NCBI RefSeq assembly: GCF_006345805.1
Contig: NW_021824618.1
Span: 1-19,071, forward strand
Reading direction: 5' to 3'
Length of the DNA: 19,071 bases
From: Octopus sinensis
Lineage: Eukaryota
Positions 1-10,282 of this stretch are shown here, one piece after another. Every line of letters begins with the position of its first letter. Positions within the stretch are counted from its first letter, which is position 1. The position numbers were made by a program, and so were the translations under genes. The notes beneath the pieces were generated by a model. It saw only the letters and a program-made list of their open reading frames with translations, was not told the DNA's origin and made no database searches.

Positions 1-80
1 CGGACTAAAACAGCTCTAAGGGAAAACCCGACATAGCTGCAGTCCAGAAACTGATGAGAGGAAATGAATAAAAGAACAGA
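1..80 (+). mobile_element. Degenerate 3' tail of a tRNA-derived SINE
   Basis: GACTAAAA...CTGCAGTCCAGAAACTGA...AATAAAAGA resembles the tail GACTAAAGG...CCGCAGTCAAATGGCTGAAACAAGTAAAAGA of the full copy at 13056-13441. Confidence 0.5.
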
Positions 81-498
81 CATACACATTCACACACAAA
101 CACATACATACATACATACATACATACAACATACATAACATACATACTACATACATACATACATACACACACATACATACATACATACATACATACATAC
201 ATACATACATAATACATACATGCATACATACATACTAGACATACATCATACATACATAACAATACATACATACATACATACATACATACATACTCAATAC
301 ATACATACATACATACATAACTACATACTACCACACATACATACATGCATAATACATACATACATACATACATGCATACATACTAATACATACATACATA
401 CATACATAATACATACATACATACATACATACATAATACATACATACATACATACATACACACATACTACATACATGCATACATACATACATAATACA

Positions 499-530
<32 letters not shown>

Positions 531-735
531 CATACATACATACATACATACATAATACATCAGCATACATACATAATAAATACACCATACACACATACAC
601 ACATACATACATACATATACATACATACAACATAATACATACATACATACATACATACATACATACATGCATACATACATACATACATAACATACATAAC
701 ATACATACATACATACATGCATACACACACATATA
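81..735. repeat. Imperfect (CATA)n microsatellite
   Basis: Directly visible. It produces the spurious MYVC/HTYI ORFs. Confidence 0.97.
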
Positions 736-759
736 CAGCAAATAAGAAAGTAGAAAAGA

Positions 760-1474
760 TACAAAATGGACAGACATCGGATAACAACAGTCGCCTCACA
801 CTGTGTCCAACAAACCCTCAACATCCAACTTTGATTGGAAAATGCTCCACTTTCCAACCTGTGCTTCACATTCCTCGAGGAGGTTTAAATAAAGTTCAGT
901 CTTTCGAGCCCGACCGGCGTCCATGTTATCTTCATGAAGAACCGTTAACTCGACCAGGTTTGCAACATTCTTTGCTTCACACCACATCAAAATGTCCGGT
1001 TTTTCGTAACTGTGATGGGAAAGAGTCCCTGGCACCCTGGTAAATCAGTAGTCGCCAATGGTCTTTCTGATTTCCTCAGTCTGGGACGATTCACATCACC
1101 ACTCCCGTATGTGCCTTTCCCCAGGTGTTGGCCCATTTGGTGTATAAGGGAGTCTGATTCCACTGCCTTCGCCTGCACCTCATGTCCGACTGTTGGTTCA
1201 TCCTGTATTGTGGAGAGGAAGATGTCTAGTCCCTTTTCCAAGACATTTACTTCAACCTTATACAGATTTCTTAATTTTTGCAGCAGGGCATTGAAGAGCC
1301 GTGGGCCTTTGAACTTTAGACTATTGCAATACCTGGTCCTGAATTTAGATGGAGTGGACGGTACCTTTGGTACAATACAATGACGGCCAGTTCTGGCATT
1401 TGTATAACACTCAATGCCGAAGTTAAGTACTAGGCCTCCTGAAGTTTTCTATATGTAGATTATTGCATATGTCT
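760..1474 (-). mobile_element. Decayed LINE 3' end (CR1/L2-group-like ORF2 C-terminus and probable 3' UTR)
   Basis: The minus strand reads ETYAIIYI*K...GIECYTNARTGRHCIVPKVPSTPSKFRTRYCNSLKFKGPRLFNALLQKLRNLYKVEVNVLEKGLDIFLSTIQDEP...SDSLIHQ. This matches the post-RT 'FN.LP..lr.....FK..LD.FL' tail. A stop and a frameshift are present. The left boundary is approximate. Confidence 0.75.
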
Positions 1475-1767
1475 CATATATGCATATGTACATGTGTGTG
1501 TCTGTGTCTGTGTGGTGTGTGGTGTTGTAAAGTAATATATTCGTATGTGGTGTGTTGTACATTAATATATACACATATCGTATGTGTGTGTGTGTAATAT
1601 ATATATATATATATATATCTATATATATAGTAATATATATATATATATATATACATATATATATCTATATATATATATTATATATATATAATATATATAT
1701 ATATATAGTATATATATATATATATATATATATATGCATATATATAATATATGCATATATACATATA

Positions 1768-1822
<55 letters not shown>

Positions 1823-1830
1823 TATATAAT
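1475..1830. repeat. Compound (TG)n/(TA)n microsatellite
   Basis: Directly visible. Confidence 0.95.
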
Positions 1831-1988
1831 TAATTAATAAGGGTGGAGAGAATTAGATACTAATTTAATAGTATCCCGATTCAACACCAAGTGGCCCAGT
1901 GCACAGAGAAACCTGGATTATTATAATTTTTTATAATATATATATATTTTATACATAAATAAATATAAGAGAGTGGTCACTATGTGGC

Positions 1989-2026
<38 letters not shown>

Positions 2027-2029
<3 letters not shown>

Positions 2030-2140
2030 AAAAAATGAATCGAGGTGGCTTTTTCGATAATTTCTCCACTTTAATAATTAGATGTTTTATTATTAAAGTG
2101 GAAAAATTATGAGAAAAGCAATTTCAATTCATTTTTTCAA
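2027..2140. repeat. Imperfect inverted repeat (~52-bp arms)
   Basis: TTGAAAAAATGAAT...CCACTTTAATAAT / ATTATTAAAGTGG...ATTCATTTTTTCAA, abutting a (TA)n tract. Confidence 0.85.
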
Positions 2141-2225
2141 AAAAATCATTTTAAACCAAAGACTTTCTATTTCTTATTCTACTGTTATAATACATCCTTC
2201 TGATATATGTATATATATATATATA

Positions 2226-2755
2226 CACTAAATTTATCAAGCTTCTGTGTATCTAGTACATACTTCGCCTTTAATGTACTTATATATGAATAATATATGG
2301 CCTGTGCTAGAAACACCAGCGATAATAATTAATTTTATTTTATCGCATTCTGACTTTGTTTACATATTTCTCGATGAATTTTGAGCGTTAGACTATATAC
2401 CAGAAATCCCTAGTTTGTTGGGTACGTTCTGCGTCTGCGCAGTGATCTGATTAGTTAGAAAGAGCAAATCAGTAGACGCACATGTGTCTATCGAGATGCG
2501 ATCTCAAAATAACAGGAATCTTACTGAAGAGCCTACCTGAGTAAATAAATATTATTTTTATTGCTGAAATAGGCGAAACTGCAGCCTAAGAAGAACCGAG
2601 TTAGTAAAAGTTTTTATTCTCATTTCACTAAATTTATCAAGCTTCTGTGTATCTAGTACATACTTCGCCTTTAATGTACTTATATATGAATAATATATGG
2701 CCTGTGCTAGAAACACCAGCGATAATAATTAATTTTATTTTATCGCATTCTGACT
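2226..2755 (+). mobile_element. Retrozyme/Penelope pLTR-like element: 400-bp unit with 130-bp terminal direct repeats
   Basis: 2226-2355 equals 2626-2755 (offset 400). There is an internal hammerhead motif and (TA)n on both sides. Confidence 0.75.
2519..2591 (+). ncRNA. Type I hammerhead ribozyme motif (C3-G8 core; U16.1 replaced by C)
   Basis: TCTTA-CTGAAGA-GCCTA..34 nt..TAGGC-GAAA-C-TGCA-G-CC-TAAGA. Stem I is TCTTA/TAAGA, stem II is GCCTA/TAGGC and stem III is palindromic CTGCAG. The cleavage triplet reads GCC instead of GUC. Confidence 0.8.
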
Positions 2756-2760
2756 GACTT

Positions 2761-2804
<44 letters not shown>

Positions 2805-2812
<8 letters not shown>

Positions 2813-3321
2813 GTTGTATACTGTCAATCTAACAAGAACGTGAAAGTAGGGGGTACACCACCGCTGTATAGCCCTAGGAAGCATCGAACGCCTCCTGATG
2901 GCTTTGACACATTTTTTCTCTGTATCCTTATATACATTTACGAAGGGGAGACAAACACCCCCGGCTACCGGAACTGCATCTAGGTACACGTGTTTCAGGA
3001 TCGTTGTCCTTCATCGGCCTAGAGTAGCAGACACCGGTCAGCTGGTGATATTTGTCTTGACTTCGTAATTGTATATATCTATATTCAGTGAAGTCTATTC
3101 ACTGATTATCAAAATAAGAAATATTGAATTTCTAAATCTCTCGTAGAGACATGTACGGTGGTGGGGCGATAGAATGGTTGTATACTGTCAATCTAACAAG
3201 AACGTGGCAGTAGGGGGTACACCACCGCTGTATAGCCCTAGGAAGCATCGAACGCCTCCTGATGGCTTTGACACATTTTTTCCCTGTGTCCTTATATACA
3301 TTTACGAAGGGGAGACAAACA
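2805..3321 (-). mobile_element. Second retrozyme/Penelope pLTR-like element: 364-bp unit with 153-bp terminal direct repeats
   Basis: 2805-2957 matches 3169-3321 (offset 364, 4 substitutions by eye). There is an internal minus-strand hammerhead and (TA)n on both sides. Confidence 0.75.
2979..3023 (-). ncRNA. Minimal type I hammerhead ribozyme motif (CCGAUGA core)
   Basis: The reverse complement reads TCTAGG-CCGATGA-AGGA-CAACGA-TCCT-GAAA-C-ACGT-G-TA-CCTAGA: 6-bp stem I, 4-bp stem II, palindromic stem III and a GUA site. U4 is C. Confidence 0.85.
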
Positions 3322-3750
3322 TATATATATATGTATGTATATATATACATGAGTGAATGATGCTTTATATGATACAGTGAGGTGGGATAGGTGCATATAC
3401 TAAGCTTGGTGGAAGGCAATGAGAAGAGAGACACCACATAGAGTGAAAGAGAGAAGAATCATAGACGCGTCGAAAAAGGAGAAAGAGTACATATACGTAC
3501 ATATATAGACAAACAGACAGACAGAGGGAGAGGTAGAAAGAGAGAGAGAGAGAGAGAGAGACCAATATGTGAGTATGTGCGTATGAATTGCCATGATATA
3601 GAACCTACAAAGCGGTTAACTTTGTTTCAATTTTTTTTTAAATTTATAATTCCATTTTCAGGTAATAAATATTTTTGTTTTGAAAATTAGCATTTCTTAT
3701 TTCATCATTTTGTATAAATACCGAAAAATATGATAAAAGGGAAATTATAG

Positions 3751-3939
3751 ATTACCATGAAGAATATGTTCTCAAGAAAAATCTCAGCAAAACGCCAAAA
3801 TGTAAAAATGAGCAAGACAAATGAAAACATAGGAAATATAAAAGTTTTATATTTCCTATGTTTTCATTTGTCTTGCTCATTTTTACATTTTGGCGTTTTG
3901 CTGAGATTTTTTTCTTGAGAACATATTCTTCGTGGTAAT
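3751..3939. repeat. Near-perfect long inverted repeat (~93-bp arms)
   Basis: ATTACCATGAAGAATATG...GGAAATATAAAA-G-TTTTATATTTCC...CATATTCTTCGTGGTAAT, centred on 3844. Confidence 0.93.
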
Positions 3940-4010
3940 GGCGATTTGACGTCTATGTTTAGCATACAGGTTGTCCGTCCACTTTTGTGGTCATTCCTCT
4001 TAATTTTGTA

Positions 4011-4072
<62 letters not shown>

Positions 4073-4246
4073 TATACTAGCATTATGACCTGTCGTTGCT
4101 GGGTCATAGTGCTAGTGCATGTATATATGTGTATATAAGTGTACTTATTTCATGTATATCTATATATATACATCTACACATAAAATACAAAATACAAAGT
4201 TATATCTTGATATCGCTAGTGATAACAATACTCAAAATATATAACA

Positions 4247-4779
4247 GACTAGAATTGTAGGCCCGTCTCTTGCAATTTCGATGAATTGTATCTTGTCCTC
4301 TCTCTTGTATAGAAGTGTGGCTACAATCCAGCCTACCGCTACTTCTGGGGGGACATTTTAAATTTTTATCCGGGACGTTCTACGTCCCAGATAAAAGGTA
4401 AAAATAAAATATTTCCACTTTGCAAGGTTCGAGTCGAGTACTCCCTTGCATGCTCCGTTGACTCGAACCTTGCTTCTATTGTGGCGAATTTACCGCCTCT
4501 GGTTAGATATCTTTCATAGTCGCACCAAGACACTTTTCGATGGTGCTTTCCTCCAGGTGTTCAAATCTTTTTTTTTTTACATTGTATGCTTTATAGACAA
4601 TAGTCTTTTCTTTAATTTAATTTTTTTATTTCGTTTGTTGGTGTTATCCTAGATTCACCGTCTTTGTCGGTGATCAATCCGAAATAGGTTTGTATTTCTT
4701 CCATTTTAATTTTAATGAGTTCGCGCCCGCCGACGGCTGCAGCGAAATTCATTTTTGGACTTTCTTCTATCGAAGGCAT
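4247..4779 (-). pseudogene. Decayed LINE ORF1-like N-terminal fragment inside the Helitron
   Basis: Broken minus-strand reading MPSIEESPKMNFAAAVGGRELIKIKMEEIQTYFGLITDKDGESRITPTNEIKKL...KTIVYKAYNV...YLGRRTSRIKI*NVPPEVAVGWIVATLL. The FAAAV and I.NVPPEV motifs resemble L1/Tx1-type ORF1. Confidence 0.5.
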
Positions 4780-5488
4780 TTTAACAAACATGCTTCCGTA
4801 TAAACGGTGAAAATATTGTCAATTTCCCCAAACAGGGACACAATTCAATTTTTAAACAATAACCAAAGCTCCTTCTCCCAAAGGGGGAGGGTTACGGTTT
4901 ACAATTATTTAACAAATGCAACACAACAACGTTTCCCTTACGAGGAACCAACAAACGTGAAAACAATAGTTAAACAGTAATAATAATAACAACAAACCTT
5001 ACGGTGAATCAAAAAGCAGTACTCTGTTGAAGCTATAGTCCTTTATGTATAAGAAATAAACCAACAGCAGTACTCAGTAGAAACATCTTTCGAGAACACA
5101 GACATTACATACAGCCAAACTTCATATAGATACTTAATGCTAGCTAATTAGCAGATAATCTAATGTAAAAGCCCTGGTAAACGGTATGTTCACAGCTCCA
5201 CCTGGACTATTCCATTTCTGCACACTAATTTTATTTTTAATTTATTCCCATTCATGTGAAACCATTTATTCAAGTTCAAGTCACTGATGCAATTTTATAC
5301 TAATTGCTATTTTTACTTTTGTTATGTTACGATTTAATTATTATATTATATTTTAGTTTGATTTTAATTATTACTTACTACATATAATTCAATTGTTATT
5401 ATTATCTCTAATTTTTATTGTTAAAGTGAAAGTATCTGACATAAAATAGAGAAATGTTTTGGTTTCACTTTTAACACGTAATACTGAA

Positions 5489-5779
5489 ATAGTGGAGAAG
5501 ATATAATATTGCTATGGGCTCGCCCTATGCAAGAAGTTGAACTTTTTTTGCCCTTGAAACTACATGGACCCTAAGTAAGGCATGTGTAAAATTTGAATGA
5601 AATTGGTTGTGTAGTTCTCAAGTTTTAGGGAATCATAGTGGAGAAGATATGATATTGCTGTAGGCTCGTCCTAGGCAAAAAGTTAAAAAATTTTTTGCCG
5701 ATGACACTCCCCGGACCCTAAGTAAGGCATGTGTATAATTTGAATGAAATTAGTTGAGTAGTTCTTAAGTTTTAGGGAA
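5489..5779. repeat. Two tandem ~146-bp core repeats of the Helitron
   Basis: ATAGTGGAGAAGATAT...GGACCCTAAGTAAGGCATGTGTA...AAGTTTTAGGGAA starts at 5489 and again at 5635. Confidence 0.9.
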
Positions 5780-5845
5780 ACACACAGACAGACAGACAGA
5801 CAGACAGACAGACTGACACGCATTCTCAGTTTTATATATATAGAG

Positions 5846-5847
<2 letters not shown>

Positions 5848-5880
<33 letters not shown>

Positions 5881-5943
5881 TGTATGTATGTATGTATGTA
5901 TGAATGCATGTATGTATGTATGAATGTATGTATGTATGTATGC

Positions 5944-5976
<33 letters not shown>

Positions 5977-6116
5977 TGTATGTATGTATGCATATGTATA
6001 TTTATATATATATGTCTGTATATGTATTTCTTTGTGTGTGCGTGTGTGCGCATGTATGTGTATGTGTATGTATGAATTATGTGTGTATATCTCTTCCACT
6101 CACCTCCTCTCTCTCC

Positions 6117-6148
<32 letters not shown>

Positions 6149-6150
6149 GC
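5848..6150. repeat. (TATG)n, (TG)n and (CT)n microsatellites
   Basis: Directly visible. Confidence 0.95.
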
Positions 6151-6633
6151 TTCCTTTCTCTATAATTTTTTTATATAATTTTGATTTCAGATTGATTTAT
6201 GAAATCGACTCTTTAATGTGACCTGACCTCGTTAAATTTTCTTGAATGATAAAATACATTTACAAATCTTCCTCAAAATTCAAAATACTGGAAAAGAAAT
6301 AAACTTTCTTTTAAAAAATGACACATTTAGAATAACATTTGTCTGAAGAACATCGATATAAATCTAACTTTTTGCGGTTTGCTAAGGAAATTCAGCAGAA
6401 AAGCAACGAGAATGTGTTGCAAAATCAATAATTACTAATTTTTGCATCAGTGTGTTCCAGTGTTAGGAATATTGGTTCAATTCTTAGCAGTTCTAGCAGA
6501 CAGGCGTGTCAATACTAAGTCTGACACCCGGGAGAAAGAAATACGGTTCTTTCAAATTTCTTTATTGTTTCTGTAAGATATCTGCTCATACGTTCGTCTG
6601 TGTGTCTCTGTAAACAAACATAGGTACATGCAA

Positions 6634-6635
<2 letters not shown>

Positions 6636-6686
<51 letters not shown>

Positions 6687-7081
6687 TACATACACACATA
6701 TATATATACTTATGTATATATATATATAGATATATATATATATATATAGGTAGTTATATAGATATATATAGATACATGAACATATATATATATGTACATA
6801 CATATATATACTTATACAAATATTTATATATACTTATATATGTATAAACATATATATATATGCGTATATATATATGTGTATATATATGCATATATATATA
6901 TATGCGTGTGTGTATATATGTATATATATGTATATATATATGCATGCATAAATATATATATATGTGTATGTGTATATATATTTGTATATATATATATATA
7001 TATATGTATACACCTTATGTATATACATATGCATATATATGTATATATGTTTGTGTGTGTGTGTGTGTGTGTATGTATGTG

Positions 7082-7116
<35 letters not shown>
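6636..7116. repeat. Compound (TA)n/(TG)n microsatellite
   Basis: Directly visible. Confidence 0.95.
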
Positions 7117-7120
<4 letters not shown>

Positions 7121-7161
7121 AAACAGATGTTCAATATTTTCAATGTTAGTTTCCCCACCGA

Positions 7162-7201
7162 AATAATAATAATAACAATAATAATAATAATAATAATAAT
7201 A

Positions 7202-7240
<39 letters not shown>

Positions 7241-7263
7241 TTATTATTATTATTACTATTATC

Positions 7264-7330
<67 letters not shown>
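7162..7330. repeat. (AAT)n immediately followed by (ATT)n
   Basis: The repeat switches strand at about 7238. Confidence 0.95.
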
Positions 7331-7334
<4 letters not shown>

Positions 7335-7702
7335 TTCTTTTTTTTTTTAAAAAAGTGTATGTATGAGAACTCTTTTATCTTTAAAGATAAATTTATGTAA
7401 AAAAAGCCAAACGCTAACTTCCTGATGGCAGCTGAAGATCGTGTTTAAGATGTACGTGCCTTTTCATATGTATCTACGACAACATTCTCTGTAGACTTGC
7501 CTCGTCTCACTGACCCCTTCTAGTTTGTCTTGAAGTGTCAATACACAGCCAGTGGCTTGTTTACTTCAGCATGACTTTAGATTATGTGTCAAAGCTGGAG
7601 GGCAGCAGAACATACCAAAAACACAAAAAAATTCCGGTGTAAAAAAAATATTAAACTTTAAGATTAATGATATTTCATAAAAAAAAAATTTACAAATCGT
7701 AG

Positions 7703-8612
7703 ACGCAAGCATGGCTATGTGGTTAAAGAGGTAACTTTGCATGTGCGTGGTTTGCGGTTCAATCCCGCTTTGCGGGTGTCACGTGGGGCAAATGTATTCT
7801 GCTATTACACCAGACCGACAAATGGATTATGAATGAATTTGGTAGACGGAAACTGTGTGGAAGCCTGTCGAACATATATATTGCATAAACACAGACACAC
7901 ATGCATTTGTATGTATATATGTGTATATATCACGTGATCGACCAGACTGTCGGATGTTGTTGATACATCGATGGTCACAATGCGCTTCGCATTGTTTTCA
8001 CTTTGGAATGACACCACCTCGCTGTCCGGGTGAGCAGACCAACATTCCTACCCCTACCCCGATCGGAAGAATACTCCATCGCAAGGTAACCAATTTACAG
8101 CTGAGCGGACTGGAGCAACATGAAACAACACGGGCTGCTCCGTCAGGAAATCGAACCCAATATCATTCAGTCGTAAGAGCTACATCCTAACCACAATGCC
8201 ACACGCCTTCTCATGTGTGTCTGTAGGAAATTTTGATACACACACGATGCAGTTTATATCATTTGTTCCCTACATCCGTTTCACCGTAGTGGTTCTTTGC
8301 ATTGTGTCTACACAGATCAAATATCTTACATCTAACTGTACAGACAAGATATGGGTGTGTGTTTGTGTGCATGTGTTAGTGTGTGTGAGAGAGTATCTTT
8401 GTGTTTGTGCTTGTTCTTCCATCATCACTTGATAACCGCAATTGGTTTGTTTACGTCCCCGTATCTTAGCGGTTTGCCATAAGTTGACGATAGAATATGT
8501 ACCAGAGTTATAACAAAAAGAAGTACTGTTGTTGATTTGTTTGACTATAATTTCAAAGCGTTACTCCAAGATGGTCGCAATCCAATGTCTGAAACAAGTA
8601 AAAGATAAAAGA
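7703..8612 (+). mobile_element. Old tRNA-derived SINE (family A), interrupted; head ~7703-7880, tail ~8355-8612
   Basis: The head has A-box TGGCTATGTGG, B-box GGTTCAATCCC and GGTAGACGGAAACTG. The tail has TTTACGTCCCCGTATCTTAGCGG...GAAACAAGTAAAAGA. Both are colinear with the copy at 13056-13441. Confidence 0.75.
7930..8210 (-). mobile_element. Nested minus-strand tRNA-derived SINE
   Basis: The reverse complement begins AGGCGTGTGGCATTGTGGTTAGGATGTAG...TGGGTTCGATTTCC (A and B boxes). Confidence 0.65.
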
Positions 8613-8840
8613 TGGACACTCAACTCAAAAAATCAATATCTAAATCTAGAAAATAGTACATCACAGAAATTATGATAATGGTTTGCTCCGGTTTGGACAA
8701 GTTTGATTTGGTTTGGTCTGGTTTGATCTGGTTTGGAGTTCTTGGGTAGTTTTTAATCTATAACATCACATTACTTGCAGCGTGGAAGGTGTTTATAAGC
8801 CATTAAAAACCGTTAGATTCACTTCAACATTTAAATTTAA

Positions 8841-8891
8841 TTTGCTAAAATATTTTCATCGCTTTGAGACCGCGACCTGTTCACTGACAAA
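8841..8891 (-). ncRNA. Variant hammerhead motif (G3-C8), left-arm copy
   Basis: The reverse complement reads TTTGTCA-GTGAACA-G-GTCGC-GGTCTCAAA-GCGAT-GAAA-ATAT-TT-TAGCAAA, with two substitutions relative to the right copy. Confidence 0.6.
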
Positions 8892-8903
8892 GCTTCGTGC
8901 TGT

Positions 8904-8954
8904 TTTGTCAGTGAACAGGTCGCGGTCTCAAAGCGACGAAAATATTTTGGCAAA
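8904..8954 (+). ncRNA. Variant minimal type I hammerhead motif (G3-C8 core, one extra G)
   Basis: TTTGTCA-GTGAACA-G-GTCGC-GGTCTCAAA-GCGAC-GAAA-ATAT-TT-TGGCAAA: 7-bp stem I with one GU pair, 5-bp stem II and palindromic AATATT stem III. Confidence 0.7.
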
Positions 8955-9370
8955 TTAAATTTAAATGTTGAAGTGAATCTAACGGTTTTTGTGTGTTTCT
9001 TAAATGGTTTATAAACACCTTCCACGCTGCAATTGTCTTTCTTTCAGCACACGATCTCAGATCAGGACACTTGGTATGCAAGTACATCGTAATCACGTTA
9101 TTTGTAAGCATTAAAAAAATTGGTATGTTGTGAAGCTCACTCCTACTATCTCATAATAATAATAATTATTCATTAGTTTTCATTTCTAATTATGTACTTT
9201 TACTGCGTAACTGAGTACAGTTCCAAATTCCTTGGCTAGACGCAATGTTTCGTTTCAATTTTTTGCATTTTCTCGATTGCATTTTCTGTATTGTCCTTTG
9301 TAAAACCATTTTCTCTACATTGGATATATTTATAAGTCCTGGGCTCGTCGGTGATGTATTTGTCAGGCCT

Positions 9371-10245
9371 TTATTATTATGTTATGAAAACTCTCAGCTT
9401 ATTTTGCTGGGTATGATGGAAAGTATCAGCTATCCACAGCCAACAGACTAAGGTGCCATTTATATACTGGTCATGCTTCAAGAACTCTGCGAAGAATTCT
9501 TGCAGTTCTAAGCAATGCTGATTATTGTAGGTGTTCTACCTTCACACTTGTACCGTTCTTTTTCAGTCATGTTGGTAGTTGAGCGCTGATCCTTCCAAGT
9601 GCGCAAATTACTATTGTTATCACATCCACTCTCCTCATTGACCACAACCTTTCGTATTTCCCACTTCAAATCGCCACACATGTTTATATTTTTTCTTCTT
9701 CTTTCACATTGATCCTGTTGTCAGCGGGGCATGCTATCTCGACTATCATACAAGTTTTTTTCTTCTTTTTTTCATTCACCAGAACAATGTCCAGTTTCCG
9801 ATGTCTGGTCGGGTGATCACACTGAATCATTGTATCCCACAGGATTTTGCAATTCTCATTCTCGATGACTCTTTCTGGGGTTTGCACATACTACGCCTTT
9901 ACTCTTTCTAAGCCGTGATTCCCACAGAAATCCCAATGGATCATTCTTGTCACATTGTCATATCGTCTTTTGCATTCTCGTTGTGCCAATTCCGGGCATT
10001 CGCAAACGATGTTCGATACCGTTTCACCCCTCTCCTCACACATTCTGCATTTGTCGCTGTCGGTAGTGCTGTCTATCCTGCACTTCACATAGTTGGTCCT
10101 TAATGCTTGTTCTTGAGCTGCGCATATAAGTGCTTCTGTCTCTATCTTCAGGTTACTCCTTATCATCCTTAGCCACCGGTCTTCTGTATCTGTCTATACG
10201 TTCGTATCTCTTGCAAACTCTCCGTATATTTTTCCTTCCATGATG
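9371..10245 (-). mobile_element. Decayed 3' part of an RLE-type LINE (R4/Dong-like)
   Basis: LKIETEALICAAQEQALRT, knuckle CRMCEERGETVSNIVCEC, KRRYDNV, ILWD...HRKLDIVLV...IVEIACP...KEEEKI, ending SALLRTARILRRVLEA* at 9471 with a short (TAA)n tail. The H, RHD and PD motifs are mutated and frameshifts are present. Confidence 0.88.
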
Positions 10246-10282
10246 GGTTTTTTTTAAATTAGTATCATTGTTACTATTATTT

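Larger units (their letters stand above)
4077..5846 (-). mobile_element. Non-autonomous Helitron-like element (Lep1-like architecture)
   Basis: The minus strand starts A|TCTCTATATATATAAAACTGAGAATG, followed by (CTGT)n and ~146-bp core repeats. It ends with a TATGACC..GGTCATA hairpin and GCTAG|T. This fits 5'-TC, 3' hairpin plus CTAG and an A|T insertion site. That both ends belong to one copy is inferred. Confidence 0.7.
8775..9032. mobile_element. Head-to-head fold-back of a hammerhead-bearing Penelope pLTR-like sequence
   Basis: Arms are 8775-8891 and 8904-9032 with a 12-nt spacer, a few substitutions and one ~12-bp indel. Confidence 0.75.

Noticed and set aside
51-64. CTGATGA-GAG-GAAA hammerhead-like core
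   Set aside because: There is no stem II or stem I/III pairing, and it lies in a decayed SINE tail.
1836-1993. Unique island between TA tracts, possibly another pLTR end
   Set aside because: No ribozyme, repeat partner or coding signal is visible to support a call.
7415-7600. Possible minus-strand exon (CCCTCCAG acceptor, GTTAG donor)
   Set aside because: All three frames contain stops and there is no supporting homology. A non-coding exon cannot be excluded.
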